64,000 nucleotides of DNA, taken from positions 119,278 to 183,277 of the IMG/VR virus record IMGVR_UViG_3300019487_000019, one strand, 5' to 3'. Position 1 is the first letter of the stretch. Every line of letters begins with the position of its first letter. The notes beneath the pieces were generated by a model. The model ran no database searches and was not told the origin of the DNA. It saw only the letters and a program-made list of their open reading frames with translations. Position numbers and translations under genes: made by a program. Shown here one piece after another: positions 58,204 to 64,000 of this stretch. The DNA comes from a virus.

Positions 58204-59529
58204 CTATGATATATCCATTATATCGATCAATGATTTCCTACTACGTTCCGGCAGTCCTTTAATCGTTTTCTTTTCCTGAATTGCTTGCTGAAGATCTCCG
58301 CCAGCGCTGTTTTCTGTAGCTGGATTCAAGATACGCAGGTGTGCATTGTCCCAAACCATGTACACATGTTTTCCAACTGCATCACTACTACGTGATTTTA
58401 AACAGTGATAGATCATTTCGCCTTTAGCTTTCATCGCTGGATTTTGTATGATCGCCCACTGCCAATCGACAGTGTTCACCTTACTAATACCACCAGCAGT
58501 GTGGCCTTGATGAAGTTCTTCCGCTTCAATTGCTGCTCTATTTAGCTGGGAGGCTGTCGCCAAGAATAACCCATAATCAACACCAATGTCTTTCAATTGT
58601 TCAGATGTTTGTTTATCCTTTTCCCACTTATCTCCGGGCGGAACATACTTGTTTGACCCCATAATGTCGATGTAATCGACAATCAACAAGTCAGGAACAA
58701 ACTTGTGTTGGAGCTCATATTCCTTCAAGTAGCCACGAATCGTGTTTGCGTTTGTTTCACTATGCATCCACTTGATCGTTAGGTGTCCAAGATTTTTGGA
58801 GACCTCATTCAGTTTATATGCAATTGTTTTGAATTCACGATGAACAAAGAATGTTGGAATGCCGGTGAACATCATATCAAATCGTTGTGCAACCAAGTCT
58901 TGTGAAAGTTCAAGTGTGAGATACAAAACGTTCTTACCTTGATGAATAAAGTTGAAAGCTAGATTTGCCAACGTAATCGACTTACCACCACCGGAATTTG
59001 CACAGAATAGTATGATCTCTCCCTTCGCTAGTCCCCCACCCATTAGATCATCGAGTGGTTTGAATCCCATTGGTGTACGAAGTGGTGATGAAGCTAACGT
59101 CTCGAGACGGGCCATTGGATCTTCGAAATAATCGAGACCGAGATCTCGCTGTAGTGAGATCGATAGAGCATCCTGAAACAGTTTTTCAATTTGTCCCTCG
59201 TCGCCATTATTGATATAATCCGGGGCGACTATGACTGCTAGCTCGAGCGCGCGTCGTCTGCAGAATTTTTCAACTTCGGTAGTTGTGTACTTGAGCTGAT
59301 CTCGAGTGATTTGGTGTGGGGTTAGGACAAGATTAGTTTCGACTTGGACTTGTTCAACAGACGGAAGACTATTATAAGAATCATAATAGGATGATAGAAA
59401 CCGGACTGTCTTTCGAAACTCTGGATCAAAATATTCCGCCTTCACAATTGACTTGCAAAGAGCATAGGTGTCAGGTGAGGAAAAGAGGTATTCGAGTAAG
59501 AGTTTTTGTTTTTCGGCTGGTTTACTCAT
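58204..59529 (-). CDS. gp41: replicative helicase gp41 (DnaB-like)
   Basis: LDDLMGGG, ANSGGGKS, LTLELS, IVDYID, ATASQLNR, KSR. Confidence 0.95.
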   Translation of the reverse strand: MSKPAEKQKLLLEYLFSSPDTYALCKSIVKAEYFDPEFRKTVRFLSSYYDSYNSLPSVEQVQVETNLVLTPHQITRDQLKYTTTEVEKFCRRRALELAVIVAPDYINNGDEGQIEKLFQDALSISLQRDLGLDYFEDPMARLETLASSPLRTPMGFKPLDDLMGGGLAKGEIILFCANSGGGKSITLANLAFNFIHQGKNVLYLTLELSQDLVAQRFDMMFTGIPTFFVHREFKTIAYKLNEVSKNLGHLTIKWMHSETNANTIRGYLKEYELQHKFVPDLLIVDYIDIMGSNKYVPPGDKWEKDKQTSEQLKDIGVDYGLFLATASQLNRAAIEAEELHQGHTAGGISKVNTVDWQWAIIQNPAMKAKGEMIYHCLKSRSSDAVGKHVYMVWDNAHLRILNPATENSAGGDLQQAIQEKKTIKGLPERSRKSLIDIMDIS

Positions 59530-59550
59530 GTAAACTCCTTATTGTCCACG

Positions 59551-59579
59551 ATTATAGGAACAAAAGGCCGTTTAGACAA
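59551..59579 (-). promoter_or_regulatory. sigma70-like promoter for gp41
   Basis: TTGTCT-N17-TATAAT. Confidence 0.75.
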
Positions 59580-60549
59580 CGACAATGACTGGCGGGTAAA
59601 TTGATCGAGGTGCATTCGGGGAAGCGTACATCGCGCCCTTATTATAATATGTTGTAGGATTGACAGAACTAATTGTAGCGATGTCGATAACCTGATCGGT
59701 AATTCGATCGACGGCAGCGAACGGACTCTTTCCCAGAAGGATAAAATCTTCATTTGCATTTACGCCCAGTCCGTCGAAGAAAATCGGTGAACCGTCGCGG
59801 ACCAAACCACCACTAAAGTATGCAGGAGCAGGTGATGTCGTCAAGATATTGAAGCTTCGAACGGTGTAATTCTTCCCATTAATGTGAACAACGTTTGCAC
59901 CAACCCATGGTGAATTGATCGATGGGACATCATCAATACCAACATACGAAATCGTTGTATCTGTTGCTGCTTTATAGACGATTGAGACAGAAATCAGAGG
60001 ATTCGAATTTGTTGTAGCAATTGTTAGCTCGCCGCCACTCGTTAGTAGCATGTCTGGAATTGGGGCTGCGGTTGTTGCCTCAGGATTGACAAGGTTTGTT
60101 GATGCCGTTCCAATGCACTGCGCAATGCCACTTTCAAATCGAGAGAAAGAAACAATGATCGTATTCAGATCAACAACAACGACTGTATACTCACTAGGTG
60201 CGAGTTCAATTTGGTATAGATTATTCTCACTGTCAACCCGATCAACCAAAACTTGAACCAGTGGGTTTACACCAAGGTTGTGTTGAATCGTCCACGAAGG
60301 AGCTGCAATGCCTTGTGTGTGATTGAAAAGAATGTTACGTGGAAACCAATCATCTAACCCAACCACTTCAGGCGGGAAGACAGGTGTGGCATTGATCTCT
60401 TCTTGATTTGTAATCTTGAACAGTTTTCCGGGACAGTTAAGTGTAATGATGCAACGTTGTACAACTTCAAAGCTGTACAGACTCGTCGGAAGACGAACAC
60501 GTCGTGTGCATGTATCACATTGATAGACAACTGGACCGATCTTTGCCAT
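59572..60549 (-). CDS. hypothetical virion-associated protein
   Basis: N-terminal four-Cys motif; HTQ..AAPSWTIQHNLG module. Confidence 0.6.
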   Translation of the reverse strand: MAKIGPVVYQCDTCTRRVRLPTSLYSFEVVQRCIITLNCPGKLFKITNQEEINATPVFPPEVVGLDDWFPRNILFNHTQGIAAPSWTIQHNLGVNPLVQVLVDRVDSENNLYQIELAPSEYTVVVVDLNTIIVSFSRFESGIAQCIGTASTNLVNPEATTAAPIPDMLLTSGGELTIATTNSNPLISVSIVYKAATDTTISYVGIDDVPSINSPWVGANVVHINGKNYTVRSFNILTTSPAPAYFSGGLVRDGSPIFFDGLGVNANEDFILLGKSPFAAVDRITDQVIDIATISSVNPTTYYNKGAMYASPNAPRSIYPPVIVVV

Positions 60550-60860
60550 TAAAGTCCCTTTGCAAGGATGAGTCCGGAGACCGCTTGTTTATATTCTTTG
60601 AGCAAGTCCTCAGGAATGTCAGCCGTATAGGCAGCAACTCCCGAACGAAGAATCGTATATGCAACATTTTCAGTATTCATTAGAGCAACAATATATGGTG
60701 CCAATGTCATTACCCATCCTTGTGGTGAGCGAGGATCCTGCTTTGGCATGAACACTCGACTGTGGCTTACGACCCAGCCCTCGCTATGGCCTTCGACGAC
60801 CTTCGCAATCAATTCTTGGCCATTTACTAACTTGAAAATCATGACTTCTTCTTCGTGCAT
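60549..60860 (-). CDS. Sm-like fold phage protein
   Basis: IFKLVNGQELIAKV...LAPY...EYKQAVSGLI. Confidence 0.6.
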   Translation of the reverse strand: MHEEEVMIFKLVNGQELIAKVVEGHSEGWVVSHSRVFMPKQDPRSPQGWVMTLAPYIVALMNTENVAYTILRSGVAAYTADIPEDLLKEYKQAVSGLILAKGL

Positions 60861-60878
60861 ATTATTCTCCTATTTACA

Positions 60879-61448
60879 TTATGGGGTCGCCAGAAGTTTC
60901 CCGTACGGAAAGGCACTCTCACGCACAGCATAATAGAAAGGCACGCCATAAAAGATAATTTCGCTATCTGACATGATGCCTTCGTACAGATTTTCGCGTA
61001 GGTATGTGTACTTCAGAAGGTCTCTGACGATTTCAATCGCTCTAGTATTATCCTCAAATTGTTCAAACAACGTATCAATTACGTGCTGATAATCTGCGCT
61101 TGAGTTCTTCACCTCTTTACTGTAGAGGAACTTGAACCCATTGATAGGGAACACGTAGAAAGGCTCGGTCCCTTCAGAAAGGGAAGGACACTGTCCATAG
61201 GCAAAGATTGCTCTTTGCCTCATGTTGTAGTAGTCGGTAAACGCTTTATTAAACGCTTCTACAACTGCCGTTTGTTTCTTGTGAAAGCGGACCTTGACTT
61301 TGTGGAAGTCATTGTACGTTGTTGGTAGGGGTTTATAAACGGGAAGTTGGCCGGACTGCTGTAAAAATTGTGAGCATTCCGTCCGAATTTTTTGTATTTC
61401 GCGTGTCCCTAACGACGAAGCTTTGCCAAGCAGGTCTTCAATAAGCAT
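60879..61448 (-). CDS. hypothetical late protein
   Basis: Late promoter at 61469; IRTECSQFL, PFYVFPINGFKFLYS. Confidence 0.65.
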   Translation of the reverse strand: MLIEDLLGKASSLGTREIQKIRTECSQFLQQSGQLPVYKPLPTTYNDFHKVKVRFHKKQTAVVEAFNKAFTDYYNMRQRAIFAYGQCPSLSEGTEPFYVFPINGFKFLYSKEVKNSSADYQHVIDTLFEQFEDNTRAIEIVRDLLKYTYLRENLYEGIMSDSEIIFYGVPFYYAVRESAFPYGKLLATP

Positions 61449-61484
61449 GAAATATACCCCTTTGGGTATATTTATGCTGATTTT

Positions 61485-61763
61485 TTAGCTAGTTAAGCGA
61501 AGATATGTATAACCAATGATTCCAAGAAATACAAGGGTATACGCGGTCCAGAAAAGAGGCGACCTCTTGAGCCGCTCATTCAATGAATTCTGTTTAGGGA
61601 CAGGGACATATGCCTTACGAATTTCTGGATTCTTGGTGGCAGCGGCAACGAGATCGGCAACAACGAGAGGGAGCTCGATCTCAATGTGCCATCGCGGGGC
61701 TGTTTTATTCGGGGGCGTCTTTACGAACCGGCCGTTTGAGCCACGAGTGTTATGCTTTGGCAT
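61485..61763 (-). CDS. hypothetical membrane protein
   Basis: C-terminal transmembrane segment. Confidence 0.55.
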   Translation of the reverse strand: MPKHNTRGSNGRFVKTPPNKTAPRWHIEIELPLVVADLVAAATKNPEIRKAYVPVPKQNSLNERLKRSPLFWTAYTLVFLGIIGYTYLRLTS

Positions 61764-62028
61764 CTGTTTCCTTTAACTGTTGAATCACTTCGTCGATGAA
61801 CTCATTGCACTTCGCGATATTGTTTTGCACGAGGGCACGCGGACTCATCATAACCTCGTGTAAACGGTAGGCAAATTCTGTTTGCCATACATACAGTTGG
61901 TTTGCTCCGGCGGTTTTGCCCCGGAATGGTCGCTCCATTTTTGATGTTGCGGTGTTAAACGTCGTTGTGAGATAATGCACGATTTGTCGAATGTCTTTCT
62001 CTTTCGACTGCGACTCTTTTTCGGACAT
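61750..62028 (-). CDS. hypothetical protein
   Basis: MSEKES start downstream of a sigma70-like promoter. Confidence 0.55.
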   Translation of the reverse strand: MSEKESQSKEKDIRQIVHYLTTTFNTATSKMERPFRGKTAGANQLYVWQTEFAYRLHEVMMSPRALVQNNIAKCNEFIDEVIQQLKETDAKA

Positions 62029-62092
62029 ACTCTTAAACCTTTGAAAAGAGTTAATCAAACAATCTTCCTGTGAAGATTGCACCTGATAGCAA

Positions 62093-62121
62093 AGATTATT
62101 GAATTTCCGAGGGAAAGTCAA
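62093..62121 (-). promoter_or_regulatory. sigma70-like promoter
   Basis: TTGACT-N17-TAATCT. Confidence 0.6.
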
Positions 62122-62251
62122 CAGTTGAAAATTCCCTGCTAATATTTGATGCTATCGAACAATATGATTTCACACTAAAAAGTATACTCTGGTAAGGTGG
62201 TAGGTAAATAGAACCACTTACGACAAAAAGAAGAAAAACAAGGAGAAGAAG

Positions 62252-64000
62252 ATGCAAGTTGCCTCAGCTGAGGAGCAACCTGTTGTTCAGCATGTAAGTT
62301 CTGATGAACTCGAAGCCCTGAAGAAAGTCCTGATAACCGAACAACCAACAGTTTTTGAAGATTCATTCGCCGAAGAAGTTTGGCAAAGCACCTATAAAGA
62401 CCACAACGATCAAACGATTGACGACACGATTTTTCGTGTAGCCGCAGCCGCTGCTTCCGTGGAGAAAACGGTTGCTGATCGTTTGATGTGGACAGCCAGT
62501 TTCTATGACCTCCTAGCGAACTTCAAAGGAACTGCTGGTGGACGTATCTACGCTAATGCTGGGACGGAATGGGGCGGTACAACGCTAATGAATTGTATTA
62601 GTGGTGATACGCTTGTTATTACCAGTGTAGGTATGCATCCCGCCCGGGACTTTCAGGTTGGATCCGATGTTTATGTTCTAACAGAGAATGGAAAGTTTGA
62701 ACACGCTGTGTGGAACTCACACGGAAAACAACGTCTCTATGCAGTAACTTTCTCCAACGGTGAGATCGTGTACGCTACACAGGGACACGAGTGGGTTGTC
62801 ACACGTCCACAAGGCGGTGTTGCGAAAGTAACAACACAAACACTATCTGGACAAAGCGTCCCTCTAAACGGACTTCTTGACTACGAATATAAAGATCAGC
62901 AAGATTATACTAATGGTGTAAAGAATGGTCTTGTATTTGGTGACGGATACAAATATACAGACTTCACGAATGGACCAAAACACTCTGCACTACAGCAGTT
63001 TGGTGATAGTAGACACCTGGTGCTTGATGTGTTTGGCTACACAAAGGTTACATATTACAAGGGTGATCCCGAAGGTATTCATTATGTGAGTGGCTTACCG
63101 CCTCATCTAAAAGAACTTCCACCACTAACATCCTCTATTGATTATTTGCGTGGTTTTATTGCGGGGGTCATCGCTGCTGATGGTAGTGTGGACGCGAATG
63201 GCAGTGTTATGATGCACACGGCTGAATATGAATACGCTTGTGCTATTCGCGACATTGCAAATCGTGCCGGTCTTCCGGTTGTGTCTCTACGAATTGAGCG
63301 CTCCGGGGAACATTATAGCAAGTTCGCAACGCCACACAGCAAGCTGTGGAAACTAACATTTGTCAAGAAATACTTTCAGCAGGATCCAAAAATGATCCTC
63401 AAACGTTCACACAAAGAAAAAATGGTAAGCTCTCCCGTATCAACAAATAGATCTACCATCAAGTGTGTGTCAGTTGAACCCACAGATCGTGTTGAAGAAG
63501 TATTTTGTTGTGATCAAAGTACAACTCACACATTCACACTTGGCAATGGTATTCTTACCGGTAATTGCTATGTTGGTCCTCGCGTTCAAGCTGATCCTGA
63601 CAGTCTTGATGGTATCTTTGAACACCTACGAGCACAAGCTCACACACTTAAAAGTGAAGGAGGATGGGGCGAGAATTTTTCCTATCTTCGGCCCAGAGGA
63701 ACTTTTATTCATGGCATAGGGGTTGAGACGCCTGGCGCAGTCAAGTATATGGAACTGTTCGACAAGTGTAGCGATATCATTACTGCTGGATCCGGACGGA
63801 AAAGTGACCACAAGAAAGCAAAAGGAAAGATTCGCAAGGGAGCAATGATGGGAGTGTTGGATTGCCTTGGTGGGAATACACCAATAAACACGTTGTTTGG
63901 AAAAGTTCCCATCAAAGAGTTAGTAGGTCAAACACCCTACTTGTATTGCACTGATGGTCAGGGTAATGTGTATGTTCGTCAGGCATTGATGGTATGGTCA
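62252..64000 (+). CDS. nrdJ: ribonucleotide reductase catalytic subunit (probably class II NrdJ-like), two inteins, runs off the right edge
   Basis: Not in the ORF track; one open frame from ATG 62252: GGRIYANAG, LMN|CYV, GGWGENFSYLRPRG, RKGAMMGVLD; no ATP cone. Confidence 0.85.
   Translation, partial: MQVASAEEQPVVQHVSSDELEALKKVLITEQPTVFEDSFAEEVWQSTYKDHNDQTIDDTIFRVAAAAASVEKTVADRLMWTASFYDLLANFKGTAGGRIYANAGTEWGGTTLMNCISGDTLVITSVGMHPARDFQVGSDVYVLTENGKFEHAVWNSHGKQRLYAVTFSNGEIVYATQGHEWVVTRPQGGVAKVTTQTLSGQSVPLNGLLDYEYKDQQDYTNGVKNGLVFGDGYKYTDFTNGPKHSALQQFGDSRHLVLDVFGYTKVTYYKGDPEGIHYVSGLPPHLKELPPLTSSIDYLRGFIAGVIAADGSVDANGSVMMHTAEYEYACAIRDIANRAGLPVVSLRIERSGEHYSKFATPHSKLWKLTFVKKYFQQDPKMILKRSHKEKMVSSPVSTNRSTIKCVSVEPTDRVEEVFCCDQSTTHTFTLGNGILTGNCYVGPRVQADPDSLDGIFEHLRAQAHTLKSEGGWGENFSYLRPRGTFIHGIGVETPGAVKYMELFDKCSDIITAGSGRKSDHKKAKGKIRKGAMMGVLDCLGGNTPINTLFGKVPIKELVGQTPYLYCTDGQGNVYVRQALMVWS
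62594..63565 (+). mobile_element. 324-aa LAGLIDADG intein 1 in RNR
   Basis: MN|CISGDT...ATQGHEW...GLVFGDG...GFIAGVIAADG...VFCC...FTLGNGILTGN|CYV. Confidence 0.93.
63863..64000 (+). mobile_element. intein 2 in RNR (N-terminal part only)
   Basis: GAMMGVLD|CLGGNTPINTLFGKVPIKELVG is a block A motif. Confidence 0.85.

Noticed and set aside
131-63915. Numerous antisense and alternate-frame ORFs (e.g. 131-610, 5667-6542, 16953-17702)
   Set aside because: Shadows of well-supported genes with no motifs or RBS
1-64000. Stop-codon reassignment, tRNAs, diversity-generating retroelement
   Set aside because: TAA, TAG and TGA all end intact genes; no cloverleaf, reverse transcriptase or TR/VR pair recognised by eye

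Overview
64-kb segment of a large lytic dsDNA myophage with T4-like core genes (jumbo-phage style, standard genetic code). From left to right: head assembly genes on the minus strand (scaffold gp22, protease gp21, acidic core protein, portal gp20, probable tape measure); a gp26/gp51-like pair joined by a T-TTT-TTT slippery site; a structured 260-nt non-coding region; a RuvC-like resolvase; gp46/NADAR/gp47 and late sigma gp55; a plus-strand baseplate cluster (tube initiator, gp53, hub fused to an M15 peptidase, gp5, gp25, gp6, a 3684-aa wedge protein, a free-standing endonuclease); PAAR; then replication and metabolism genes (RNase H, probable clamp, DUF488, a PBP7-like endopeptidase, PolB gp43, dCMP deaminase, SLT, gp41 helicase) and the start of a ribonucleotide reductase. 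Five inteins are visible: portal (HNH type), gp55, gp43 and two in the RNR. About 20 TAAATA late promoters and five sigma70-like promoters organise the region. The most unusual observations are (1) a probable programmed -1 frameshift fusing the gp26- and gp51-like ORFs next to the tape measure gene; (2) two miniature copies of virion proteins placed in replication operons, namely an unannotated 50-aa peptide carrying the major-capsid VGYKG...GYFYCPYIP motif and a compact tail-tube paralogue, which may be immune decoys; (3) a candidate structured RNA or origin downstream of RuvC; (4) an intein-split late sigma factor; (5) a phage-borne PBP7. All family assignments come from motif recognition; no database search was run.
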